Shown here in pieces: positions 29,082 to 39,106 of a stretch of DNA of 64,000 nt. The DNA is taken from positions 1 to 64,000 of IMG/VR virus record IMGVR_UViG_3300031951_000001. One strand, 5' to 3'. The first letter of the stretch is position 1. Every line of letters starts with the position of its first letter. The position numbers were made by a program, and so were the translations under genes. The notes beneath the pieces are model-generated. The model worked only from the letters and a program-made list of their open reading frames with translations. It ran no database searches and had not been told where the DNA came from.

Positions 29082-29711
29082 ATGGAATTATTAAAGTCAT
29101 TACAGTGGAGATATGCCACAAAGAAAATGAATGGGGAGAAAATCCCCCAAGATAAGTTAGACCGAATTTTAGAAGCAACACGACTTGCTCCAAGTTCATA
29201 CGGTCTAACACCATACCAAATCATTGTGGTGGAGAATCAAGAACTAAAGGAGCAACTTGTGCCGGCTTGCTATGGTCAAACACAACTGGCCGACTCATCT
29301 GCGGTATTGGTATTTGCAACATGGGACACAATCACGGAATCATCTGTGGATAAGTACATGAATGAAATCGCTACACAGAGAAACATCAGCGTTGATATGT
29401 TGGGAGATTTCAGTGGTATGGTTAAAGGTACGGTTAATAGTTTGACCGAAGAACAGAAAATCACATGGGCTCAAAAACAGGCATACATCGGACTTGGATT
29501 TGCTTTGGTTGCTGCGGCAACGGAAGAAGTTGACTCAACACCAATGGAGGGATTTGTTCCGACAAAGGTGGATGAGGTATTGGGTCTTAATGAAATGGGT
29601 CTGAAGTCATGTGTTATTCTTACATTGGGTTACAGAGATTCGGACAATGATTATCTATCGGCTCTGAAGAAAGTAAGATGGGATAGCGAGAGTTTGTTTT
29701 TGCGTAAGTAA
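29082..29711 (+). CDS. Nitroreductase family NAD(P)H-dependent oxidoreductase
   Basis: WRYATKK..LAPSSYGL..STPMEGF..LTLGY..KVR. Confidence 0.92.
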   Translation: MELLKSLQWRYATKKMNGEKIPQDKLDRILEATRLAPSSYGLTPYQIIVVENQELKEQLVPACYGQTQLADSSAVLVFATWDTITESSVDKYMNEIATQRNISVDMLGDFSGMVKGTVNSLTEEQKITWAQKQAYIGLGFALVAAATEEVDSTPMEGFVPTKVDEVLGLNEMGLKSCVILTLGYRDSDNDYLSALKKVRWDSESLFLRK

Positions 29712-29787
29712 TTTAACAAGAACATTAATAAGAATGGGGACTCAATTTGGGTCCCCTTTTTTCTGTATATTAGGTATTTATTATAGT

Positions 29788-31644
29788 ATGAATCTCAAAG
29801 AATCAATTAAAAGAATATTAAGGGAAGAAACCGATATACCACTTAAAATTAGAAGGAGGATTTTACCCAAACTAATTGAAAATGCGTTTCAAACGGCATT
29901 GGACGGTAATACAATGTTGAAAACCAAGCCAGGTTCCATGTTACACAAAGCTTCTTTTATAACGTTCGCAAATTTCGTTATTGATGATATGGTTGAGTAT
30001 ATGGAGGACCAAATAAACATGGATGGAAATTCATATTATTATGGTAATGACGATGCTTATATCGAAGAAGTGAGAAACCCGCTCCTTAAACATTATGGTG
30101 ATAGAATAAAAAAGAGATATGATGATATTGTTGGGGGGGATGTTTTTGAATCAGTATTAGAAGAAACAAATATACCACTCCAAGTTAAAAGGAGGATTAA
30201 TGGTGACTCATTGGCCGAATTAATACATGATATTAAAAGTTTAATTGATTCTGGCTACGATGAGTCAGATGCGATATACGATACGGTAAGACAATTTATC
30301 GCTTCAAAACAATTCAAACTTAACAATGATTCAGAACAATCTTATTGGGATTCATACATTGAAGTGGAAGAACCATTAGTTGATTATCTGAAAAGTAAAT
30401 TGAATATACGAGAGTCCGTATTAAGGGAAGAAACCGAAGAATATAAAGTAAAATTGGTTACAAATATAATCTATACTTTATATGATAATATATCATTTAT
30501 AAAACAATCAACTTTCAACGGAAAACCTTTACTTATAATTTATTTTGACTCTGATGATACTGCAGCAAACATTGAGTCGTGGTTTGATGAAAAAATATCA
30601 AGAGATATTGAGGAATGGACTTCAGGAAATATTGTTGTTTGTCCAGATTGGATATTTAATTGGGATTCGAGAAAGAAAAATGCTGATGTGTTTATAAACA
30701 CTGAACTTATAAAATATGATAACTTGGGGAATGTTGTTAATGAGTCAATATTAAGGGAAGAAATGAGCTCAATGATGAGAAGAATATTCAGAAGGGTTGA
30801 CCCCGAAAAGATGGACGGAATATTCGGAGAAGGTCTTGATACAATGACAACAAGATACATTCAGAACCAACATAATTGGCACGCAATGAACTTAGATAAG
30901 TTTAAGTCAGGTATTGTATCATATGTTATTGTTGATTTATGTATGAAATACTCTGACGTATGTTTTGGAGCTGGGGATTTTTACAACCAAGTATGGGAAT
31001 TCTTATTGAGTCATTATTCGGATGTAATGGAAGAAAGATGGAATGAGATTATGTCGGGAGAGGTTAATGAATCGGTATTAAAGGAAGATAGAAAGGCAAA
31101 AGAAACTATAAGTGATTTGGTTAAAGAGTTTGGTTTGATTAAAACTTCAGATATGGTTGGGTTGTCGATATCACAAATTGTTAAAGTAACTAATATACCG
31201 ATTGATTCAGATACCGCCAACCAAATTTTGGTCGAAATGATGAATAACGATGAATTGAAAACCAAATACAAAGATTTTAATATTCACGCAAGTTCAAATG
31301 ACGTGTTTTATTGGGAAGCAATGGTAAAAACAGGACATTTCCATGATGATATGATTGAAAACATAACAGTTGCGGCAACACCATTTTGGGATGGAGTCAA
31401 ATATACACCTGTTGAAATAGAATGGTATACATTACTTAATTATTATGGGGTAACTGTTTATGAAACATCAGGTGAAGGAAATTTTTATAAAGAACTTAAA
31501 CATCAAACAAATTTTGAAAGTGTTGATGAGTTATTGAATTGGTATGAGGAATTCTATTTACCTGAAGTGTATAATATGGTAATGAATACGTTATTACCAA
31601 AAATGCATAAGTTGGTTGATTACGAAATAAAACAAAGAGGTTAG
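29788..31644 (+). CDS. Five-module leader-punctuated protein (polyprotein-like)
   Basis: Start ATG 29788 after TATTTAT; ILREE then four internal ES(V/I)L(E/R/K)E(E/D) junctions. Confidence 0.7.
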   Translation: MNLKESIKRILREETDIPLKIRRRILPKLIENAFQTALDGNTMLKTKPGSMLHKASFITFANFVIDDMVEYMEDQINMDGNSYYYGNDDAYIEEVRNPLLKHYGDRIKKRYDDIVGGDVFESVLEETNIPLQVKRRINGDSLAELIHDIKSLIDSGYDESDAIYDTVRQFIASKQFKLNNDSEQSYWDSYIEVEEPLVDYLKSKLNIRESVLREETEEYKVKLVTNIIYTLYDNISFIKQSTFNGKPLLIIYFDSDDTAANIESWFDEKISRDIEEWTSGNIVVCPDWIFNWDSRKKNADVFINTELIKYDNLGNVVNESILREEMSSMMRRIFRRVDPEKMDGIFGEGLDTMTTRYIQNQHNWHAMNLDKFKSGIVSYVIVDLCMKYSDVCFGAGDFYNQVWEFLLSHYSDVMEERWNEIMSGEVNESVLKEDRKAKETISDLVKEFGLIKTSDMVGLSISQIVKVTNIPIDSDTANQILVEMMNNDELKTKYKDFNIHASSNDVFYWEAMVKTGHFHDDMIENITVAATPFWDGVKYTPVEIEWYTLLNYYGVTVYETSGEGNFYKELKHQTNFESVDELLNWYEEFYLPEVYNMVMNTLLPKMHKLVDYEIKQRG

Positions 31645-32024
31645 ACGATACGTCCGCTTCTTACATCAAAGACCTTATAGTCGGGGAGCATAGATTCAAA
31701 AGCATCAGAGATAAAGTATTTACCATTGGTCATCCAAACAGGGTGAGGTAACATCTCCTCAAAAAACCCATCATACTTATGGCTGTAGTATAAATCACCC
31801 GTTTTACCATCACTAAAAATAGAAAACATCATCATAGGATTACCGGCTGAATCGTATAGGACAATTCTATTACTATCCTCACTATATGATTCAATCTCAT
31901 CAACAATATAAGGAACGATGATATGTTTAAACTTATTGTATAGGTCCTCATACTCAAAATCCATCCAATGACGTTCAAGTTCGGATATAAGATTAAGTTG
32001 TGATTCGGTGATAAGGTATTTCAT
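31641..32024 (-). CDS. Paralogue array member 1
   Basis: MKYLITESQL leader; own TATTTAT. Confidence 0.75.
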   Translation of the reverse strand: MKYLITESQLNLISELERHWMDFEYEDLYNKFKHIIVPYIVDEIESYSEDSNRIVLYDSAGNPMMMFSIFSDGKTGDLYYSHKYDGFFEEMLPHPVWMTNGKYFISDAFESMLPDYKVFDVRSGRIV

Positions 32025-32036
32025 ATAAGATAAATA

Positions 32037-32372
32037 TTACATTGATAGTTCGGCGTCACCTATCAGACCACCGTATACTTTGACATCCGAAGGTTCAATC
32101 TTACCGGAGTTAGAGTTTTCCTCAACAAAATGGGTGAGAATTAATTCGGCCTCATCCTTATCAATAGAAAAGAATTCACATACACTGTTTATAAAATCTT
32201 CGGATATTATTAAAGTACCTGACCTTCTTCTATACCTCATAACGGCGTGTGTATCGTCTAAAGAATAAACAAAACTTATATAACTTGTCCAATAAACCGC
32301 CTCAAGATTTAGTGAATTAATATAATTAAAAATAATACTGTTTAATTTAGATTCGGTGATTAGGAATTTCAT
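32037..32372 (-). CDS. Paralogue array member 2
   Basis: MKFLITESKLNSIIFNYI. Confidence 0.75.
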   Translation of the reverse strand: MKFLITESKLNSIIFNYINSLNLEAVYWTSYISFVYSLDDTHAVMRYRRRSGTLIISEDFINSVCEFFSIDKDEAELILTHFVEENSNSGKIEPSDVKVYGGLIGDAELSM

Positions 32373-32387
32373 ATAAGATAAATATAA

Positions 32388-32699
32388 TTAATACCCAACA
32401 ATCGGACTGGCAACTTCCACATTAATAGATTTTATTCCGAGTTTATTTTCAATCCATTTATTAATTACATTAATGGAGTCCCCATAATCTAAAGAAAAGA
32501 ATTTGCTAACTTCGTCGACCAAGTCGTAGTGTATTGTACACCAGCGGTCTTTCGGATGATATCTAACTTGAGCATATTCATCATCTTCAGAGTTGACATA
32601 GTATAATCTATTCCCCATTTTAATTACAACGAAGTCCTGATTGTCAAGATACTTAAAAACTATACTATCAAATTTAGATTCGGTGATAAGATATTTCAT
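32388..32699 (-). CDS. Paralogue array member 3
   Basis: MKYLITESKFDSIVFKYLDNQDF. Confidence 0.75.
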   Translation of the reverse strand: MKYLITESKFDSIVFKYLDNQDFVVIKMGNRLYYVNSEDDEYAQVRYHPKDRWCTIHYDLVDEVSKFFSLDYGDSINVINKWIENKLGIKSINVEVASPIVGY

Positions 32700-32731
32700 A
32701 TAAGATAAATATATGTAATATTTATTATCAT

Positions 32732-33157
32732 ATGAGTATTAAAGAATCCATAAGAAGAATATTAAGGGAAGAAACTTTACTTAAAACCAATATAAAAGAC
32801 ATGATTTCCAAACATGGATTTTATATAACGTCCAAAATGTTAGGTGGAGTTGATATTATGAATAGTATTCTTAATATAAAAGGTTCACAGGAAGAAATGA
32901 TTTTCATTGTTAAAGCCATAATGGAACATGATGTTGAAGTTTTGGGTAATGTATGTAACTATCAAATAGTTCCGACCATGTACTCATTTAAACTATATGT
33001 AGAAATACCAAAATATTATCCCAACCATTCCGATGATTATTACCCAAACAAACAAAAAACATTTGAGGCGAGAGATTATATATCTGACTTAATAAAAAAG
33101 TTTGGAAATGAAAAGGTGAGAGGATATAATATATACGTTCAGGTAGGAAATTGTTAA
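32732..33157 (+). CDS. Leader-bearing hypothetical protein
   Basis: MSIKESIRRILREE; TATTTAT upstream. Confidence 0.7.
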   Translation: MSIKESIRRILREETLLKTNIKDMISKHGFYITSKMLGGVDIMNSILNIKGSQEEMIFIVKAIMEHDVEVLGNVCNYQIVPTMYSFKLYVEIPKYYPNHSDDYYPNKQKTFEARDYISDLIKKFGNEKVRGYNIYVQVGNC

Positions 33158-33158
33158 A

Positions 33159-33476
33159 TTAGTCAGCTCCGTAATCAGAGAAGATATAGTCAAAATCAAA
33201 ATCAATTTTGGTTTTAATCCATTCACCAATAATATTCAAAGCGGTCTCCAAGTCCAAACTAAAGAATGATGCGACCTCAACAACTAAATCTGAACTTACA
33301 AAACATTCTTTATTAACACGATTTGTGTTGATTGATATATATCCACCACTTTCCCAACTCTCCTTAGAGTCCCAAAAGACATAACCAGAGTGATACTTCA
33401 TTTTATAAAAGTCCTGGTTATTTAAGTAGTCAAAGACAAGATTAGTAAGTTTAGATTCGGTGATAAGGAATTTCAT
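33159..33476 (-). CDS. Paralogue array member 4
   Basis: MKFLITESKLTNLVFDYLNNQDF. Confidence 0.75.
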   Translation of the reverse strand: MKFLITESKLTNLVFDYLNNQDFYKMKYHSGYVFWDSKESWESGGYISINTNRVNKECFVSSDLVVEVASFFSLDLETALNIIGEWIKTKIDFDFDYIFSDYGAD

Positions 33477-33838
33477 TCGGTTTTAACAATTAATCTGTGA
33501 GAAGACCCACTGTTGATAGTGTTTTCTATTTTACCAACCTTAATACCCAAAGTATCACTAACCCATACTTTTATTATCTCTAAACAATCCAAATCATCAA
33601 TAGAGAAGAAATCAGATAATTCCTTAATTAAATCATAATTCACATATACCCAATTCCTAACAAAACCAAAAGAGTTTATGTGATAAACACTAATCTGAGC
33701 GTAAAGGTCGGACTCATTGTTTAAGAAGTATATGTAGTTGTCAAATTTCTTCTTGTTGTCATATACTATAAAATCCTGATTATCCAAATACATAGACACT
33801 GTATTATACAATTTAGATTCTGTGATTAAGTATTTCAT
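33473..33838 (-). CDS. Paralogue array member 5
   Basis: MKYLITESKLYNTVSMYLDNQDF. Confidence 0.75.
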   Translation of the reverse strand: MKYLITESKLYNTVSMYLDNQDFIVYDNKKKFDNYIYFLNNESDLYAQISVYHINSFGFVRNWVYVNYDLIKELSDFFSIDDLDCLEIIKVWVSDTLGIKVGKIENTINSGSSHRLIVKTE

Positions 33839-33855
33839 ATGATAATAAATATGAT

Positions 33856-34179
33856 TTAGTTAGGTATTACCAACGCATAACCTGAACTCGGAGCAACACC
33901 GATGCTTTCGACCTCCATTTTTATGATATTCTCAACCCATTTAACAATAACTTTATCAAAGTCAGAATCTTGTAAAGAAAAGAACATAGAAATTTCATTA
34001 TATAAATCGTAAGATACGTAACACCGACCATCTTTGTCAAATCTTATTTGAGCATATTCATCTGATTCAGAATTGACAAAGTATATGCTTTCTCTATTTT
34101 TAAACCGAATAAAGTCCTGATTGTCCAAATACTGAAGGATAATACTATCCAATTTAGATTCGGTGATTAGGTATTTCAT
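33856..34179 (-). CDS. Paralogue array member 6
   Basis: MKYLITESKLDSIILQYLDNQDF. Confidence 0.75.
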   Translation of the reverse strand: MKYLITESKLDSIILQYLDNQDFIRFKNRESIYFVNSESDEYAQIRFDKDGRCYVSYDLYNEISMFFSLQDSDFDKVIVKWVENIIKMEVESIGVAPSSGYALVIPN

Positions 34180-35244
34180 ATGATAATAAATATAAAGAAA
34201 TTACGAACTAAACAAACTCACTCATTCATCCCCCACTTTGTGGGTCGTTCCGTTCCACTAGCGTTTCACTCCACTGATGTATTCGTTCATTTGTTTATTT
34301 CCTAATTTCTCCCCCATTAATTAAGGACACATATGAGGGGACAATATATTATACCTTATGGTATAATACTGAAAGGTATAAAAGAATACCCTATCGGGTA
34401 TTAATTTGTGGTATACATGTGGTATTATACCTTATCGGGTATAGAGTAACCCACAACCCACACTATATTGTGATTTATATGTAACATTGTAATGTTATGA
34501 TAACAAACTATGGTAAATCCATATTATAGTGTGATTTTAACAGGGTTATATAGTTGTCCCCATATAAGGTGTCAGTGTTGAAGGGGAATATAATACCCCA
34601 CTAAAGTGGTCTCGTTGAAGAATTATTAATGGTCTATTTAGGGTCTATCCTAACACACTACGTGTTTCCCCGCTCCACATACTATAACTTACATTTTTTG
34701 CTGGGGTTTATATACATATAAAAAACTGGTCCTTACGACCCCTACAGAGGGGAAAAATCCCCATTCTAATACCCTACATGACCAATAGTGGTGGTAAATT
34801 GTGGTAAGACATGGTGGTAAAAGGTGGGAGAAAAGTGTCAGAGGGGATTATCCCCATCGTCAAGTGAGACTGACATTTTGACAAAATCAAGTTTTTTAAC
34901 ATAATTAACAAAGAAAAATTACACCTGACATGATGTCATCCCCAACCTGATTGACTTTTTACTACATGTTATTATGTTTAGTTATATGTACCTTAATAAC
35001 TTTAGAACCGATGTTACAAGACACGGGGATGACTACATCGTTAATTATGAGGGTGATGACTCATATGGACATTGTATATACAAACAGTTAGACCTTACGG
35101 GGAGTAACAAACCTATACGACAGAATGTGATGTTATTAACACACTGTCAGATGGGGGGAATAATAGATAACATAAATAAAAAGTCCCCACTCAAAGAGGG
35201 GGACCATGACAACCTGTCCAAAGAGATTAGGGAACACTCGTTAT

Positions 35245-35646
35245 CTATTTTGACATCTTACCTCGAAGGTCAGACAGAAGATAACGATTAAGTTTCTTCT
35301 CCATCTTTCGAGCTTCCACTTCAAAGGGGTTGTTCCAATAACCAAACTCTGCGTTGGCCGAAGCATACTTGGTGGTGACAGGTTGTAAGTAGTGAGTATA
35401 TTCATGAATGAAGGTGGAGGTCAAACGTCCAACTGTCTTACACTCATTCACACATATGCGAATGTGATTAACGTATGGACAATAGAAACCATAGAACCCT
35501 TCCCCATCATTACCATAAGAATATGTTAGGTCGCTACGCTTTCTGTTATTAACCCCCATATTCTCATGACACCATTTAGCACAGAACCGAAGAACTTTCT
35601 TTACTTGTTTCTTGGATAAGGTTGAGGTTTTTGTGTTGCTGTACAT
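35245..35646 (-). CDS. Putative zinc metallopeptidase-like protein
   Basis: FIHEYTHYLQ (HExxH) and NPFEVEAR. Confidence 0.65.
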   Translation of the reverse strand: MYSNTKTSTLSKKQVKKVLRFCAKWCHENMGVNNRKRSDLTYSYGNDGEGFYGFYCPYVNHIRICVNECKTVGRLTSTFIHEYTHYLQPVTTKYASANAEFGYWNNPFEVEARKMEKKLNRYLLSDLRGKMSK

Positions 35647-35998
35647 TGGTTTTCTTTTTATAGGTTATCTTTCCGAGTTTCGATGAGTGGATATTGTAGA
35701 ACTTTAATAAGGTATGAAGGAGGGTATTGTTATATGACCAATAGATATCGTTGTTCCTTCTACGGGTGATGAGAGCTTGACTACGTCCCCACTGTTTATA
35801 GTTGATACACATCTTGGAGTCCTCAATGATATCAACTTCAACATTGACAACACCCCAACTATAACCTTCCCCATAGTTATATGCTAGCTCCCTAATGGAA
35901 ACGAAGCGAAAGGTTCCCTTCATAGTTCCATACTCAAAGGGGAAGGTCTGCTTACCGAGTCCCTTCTTAATAATCTTGGTGAGTTGTTTGTTATCCAT
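35576..35998 (-). CDS. Hypothetical protein
   Basis: TATATTTG directly upstream (36002-36009). Confidence 0.65.
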   Translation of the reverse strand: MDNKQLTKIIKKGLGKQTFPFEYGTMKGTFRFVSIRELAYNYGEGYSWGVVNVEVDIIEDSKMCINYKQWGRSQALITRRRNNDIYWSYNNTLLHTLLKFYNIHSSKLGKITYKKKTNVQQHKNLNLIQETSKESSSVLC

Positions 35999-36065
35999 GA
36001 CACAAATATACGGCGAAACTCTTCTCCCACAATGGAATAGTCAAGTAGTTATCAACAAATAAAAA

Positions 36066-36190
36066 TGTTAAATCTCTTGGTTGGTATTCATTCCCGCCGT
36101 AACTTTGGTTGATGCTTTTCTGTGTGGGGGAAACAATAAAGCATCATGCTAAGTTACGGCCCCCAAGGTTATCCACCAAACAATTTAACA
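36066..36190. repeat. Long imperfect inverted repeat (125-nt hairpin)
   Basis: Nested stems TGTTAAAT/ATTTAACA, GCCGTAACTT/AAGTTACGGC and TGATGCTTT/AAAGCATCA. Confidence 0.8.
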
Positions 36191-36499
36191 TATAAACTTC
36201 GTTCCTCAGGTCGAGAAGTTATTAACAATGCTTGTATATGTCCCCATTCTGACATGACATCATTAGAGACCATTACAGACAGGGGGGACCTATTCTGTCA
36301 GACTGTCATAACGGTAGGGGGACTCCCTCATTTACCCCCTATACACGGGGGATACCCCTCCCCTCCCCGTATCCTCCCCCCATATATGACATTTTGACGG
36401 TCAAAAAGGGGGGGATAATCCCCTAATCAAAGTATGTATATAAAAAAACTTCCAGAAAAATTTTTGGAAAATTTTGGGTATTTATTATAAAACACTAAT

Positions 36500-36877
36500 A
36501 TGAAAAAAACAGTTAGACTTACAGAATCAGATTTAGTTAATTTGATTAAGAGAATTATAAAAGAAGAAGAGGGAACGGACTTATCTAATGTTAGAGCCGA
36601 GTTTATAGATTTAATAAAGAGTATGAATTGGGAGTTTAATCCAAATCATAACATGTCAGGGTTTGCGTTTGTCCCTAAAAAAGGGGACATTGGATATAGT
36701 GGGTTTAAGCAAGACAGTTTCAATATGTATATTGGCAAACCATTAATCTTTAATGGTAGTGATGATAATGAATATTGTTATTTAGATAAGAATAATAATT
36801 TTGTTCTCAAGAGATTTGGTAAAAAGTCAACCTCCCCTTTATCATCAGGGATTGGTGGTATTAAGAATTTATTGTGA
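36500..36877 (+). CDS. Leader-bearing protein
   Basis: MKKTVRLTESDLVNLIKRIIKE; TATTTAT upstream. Confidence 0.75.
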   Translation: MKKTVRLTESDLVNLIKRIIKEEEGTDLSNVRAEFIDLIKSMNWEFNPNHNMSGFAFVPKKGDIGYSGFKQDSFNMYIGKPLIFNGSDDNEYCYLDKNNNFVLKRFGKKSTSPLSSGIGGIKNLL

Positions 36878-37246
36878 GATATTAACCCCTCCGATGATAG
36901 TATTGTCGGACCGACCCCTCCCACAAAGAGGGGTTTTTTATTTTCCCGTATATTGACCCCCCATTCTATAAAGGTCCCATATACTGAAAAAAAATTTCTG
37001 GAAAAAATTTGATAAATTGGGAACTGTGTATTATCCTTATACTCTATGAAAAATTTCTTTATTAAATATAAGAAACCTATTGTGGTAACATTGTCTATAA
37101 CCATCCTTCAACTGCTTTTTGGGTTTGACCCCAAGTTTACATTGATTAATATTATTTGGTTATTTCTATAATTTTTTCCCTTCGGGTTGTCAATCCCCCT
37201 ACCCCCTTTTTTGTTTTATGATATATTTATATATAAAATTAATAAT

Positions 37247-37621
37247 ATGAAAAAAGTTATAAGATTAACCGAATCGGATTTAGTTCGTTTAGTAAAACAA
37301 GTTATAAATGAGCAATCTATTCCTGAACCCGAAAAGATTTCCGCTGACCATGCTAAATTTGAGGAATATGTAAAGACAAAATGGGGTTGGAAGGAAGACC
37401 CTTATGCTTCAATTGACTTTGAAGGAGGTGATAACAAGTTTACAATATGTGATGGTCCGTGTGGTTCACTTATTCCTGGTACAGATGTTAATAGTGTTAC
37501 ATGGGATGGAAAAACTAAAACGGTATATGGAACCGTATCATTTGGAGTTGACCCCAAACCAATTTCATGGAGTTATAAATTTAACCAAATGAAAACATGG
37601 TTTGATTCTTCTTTCGGATAA
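37247..37621 (+). CDS. Leader-bearing protein
   Basis: MKKVIRLTESDL..VINE; start ATG 37247. Confidence 0.75.
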   Translation: MKKVIRLTESDLVRLVKQVINEQSIPEPEKISADHAKFEEYVKTKWGWKEDPYASIDFEGGDNKFTICDGPCGSLIPGTDVNSVTWDGKTKTVYGTVSFGVDPKPISWSYKFNQMKTWFDSSFG

Positions 37622-37724
37622 ATCAAATATGATTCATTAAAAATACACCCCCTATTCAATGAGTAGGGGTTTTTTGTTTTCTATAACACGACCCCCTTTT
37701 TTATTCTGATATATTTATTCTTAT

Positions 37725-39036
37725 ATGAGATATATTATAACGGAAGAACAAAATAATATTATTCGTGTCCTACGAAGAATTGACCAAGACCATGATTTGA
37801 TTCAGGATATTGTTGTTGAGGGAATGGAAATGTATTTGTGTGATTATGACCCCTTTAATTATTTTTATGAATTTTTATGTCGGAACTCAGCATTTACTTA
37901 TCTTTTAAATTATTTTGATAACCCACGTCAAGAAGGGTTCATGAAAATGGAAGATTATATGACTGATTATATTAAGGAAAACTTTAAGGAAATGATTGTT
38001 ACCTATTGGGAAGATAATAAGGAATATTGTTAAAAAATTTTTTTCCGTTCCGATTCCCCCTACCCCCTTTTTTATTTTGATGTATTTATTGTTATATGAA
38101 TCTCACAGAATTATCACATGTTTTAACGAAGGTGTATAACAAACTTGGAAACAAGTATCTTGTTGATAATTATATTACCGAGCCGTTTGAGTTTGAGGTT
38201 AAGGTAAAATATGGTGACCCATATGAATATTATAAGTATTATGCCGAGGTTTATAGTATTCCTGATATGCCACATGATTTTAGGTATAGACCTGAAGTTA
38301 GAAAAGAAAAAAAGAAGTATGCCGTTGGAGCCGATATTAGCGTTGTTGGGAGTGATTTTAAAAGTATGATTGAATATGTTGACCCTGAAAAGAAACAGTC
38401 CATTGGTGTTAACTTTATGAATGTTAAAAAATAATTTTTTCCCTTCGGGTTTGTAATCCCCCTACCCCCTTTTTTGTTTGAGATATATTTATCTATATGA
38501 AATACATTCTTACGGAGTCACAGTATGCTGGGCTGATGAAACTAATTAAAAAACAAGAAGAGGATTTGAGTTTTTTGAAAAGTAGTGTGGTCTCTACAAT
38601 CGAACATGACGTAACAGATTTTTTAAACTCCAAGTTTCAAGGTAGATTTGGACACTATGGTTATACGCAATATCCCGTATTTTTTATTTATCCTGATAAA
38701 TTAACCTCTGAACTTACAAAATATAATAGGAGAGAACCGGCTTTGGTTATTGCTTATAATATAAAAAAATCTACAGGCAAAGTTGAAATTAATATTTTTT
38801 GGAATACTAAAGTGAGTTTTAATTATAAAACAGAAGATGGTAAATGGAAAAGAAATAAGTATCCCCAAAATACCATTAAGTGGGATTATATGAATAACCC
38901 TGACGGAGAAGAGGAATTCTTATCTAAATTGGAAAAGACCATTAACGGAAGAATAAGTGAAAGGGCTCAAAACAAAATTATTGATGATTTTGAAAAACTT
39001 TATAGAGAAGAATATCAAACTAGTATATTAAATTAA
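37725..39036 (+). CDS. Three hypothetical proteins (37725..38033, 38096..38434, 38497..39036)
   Basis: Each has its own TATTTAT; leaders MRYIITEEQ, MNLTE and MKYILTESQ. Confidence 0.7.
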
Positions 39037-39106
39037 TTTTCTAAAATTTTTTCCTTCGGGCCGGCAATCCCATACCCACTTTTTTATTTCCGATATATTT
39101 ATATAT

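Larger units (their letters stand above)
32002..34193 (-). repeat. Six near-identical 27-41-nt blocks covering promoter, start codon and leader codons
   Basis: Plus-strand (TTTA)GATTCGGTGAT.AG..ATTTCAT(AT..GATAAATAT) at about 32002, 32346, 32673, 33450, 33812 and 34153. Confidence 0.85.
34200..36480. other. Candidate replication origin or genome-terminus region
   Basis: Gene orientation diverges here; largely non-coding; palindromes, TGACA/TGTCA boxes, G/C homopolymer runs, DnaA-box-like 9-mers and A/T tracts. Confidence 0.5.
37171..39100 (+). repeat. Dispersed intergenic element TTTTTTCC(C)TTCGGG...ATCCCCCTACCCCCTTTTTT...TATTTAT
   Basis: Copies at about 37171, 38034, 38433 and 39044; partial copy at about 37690. 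Confidence 0.8.

Noticed and set aside
34974-35291. 105-aa ORF in the non-coding block
   Set aside because: It runs across TGACA boxes and G-runs, has atypical composition, overlaps a convergent gene, and has no promoter of either class. Probably spurious.
36146-36397. 83-aa Pro/Gly-rich ORF
   Set aside because: Produced by C/G homopolymer runs and the hairpin arm; no start context.
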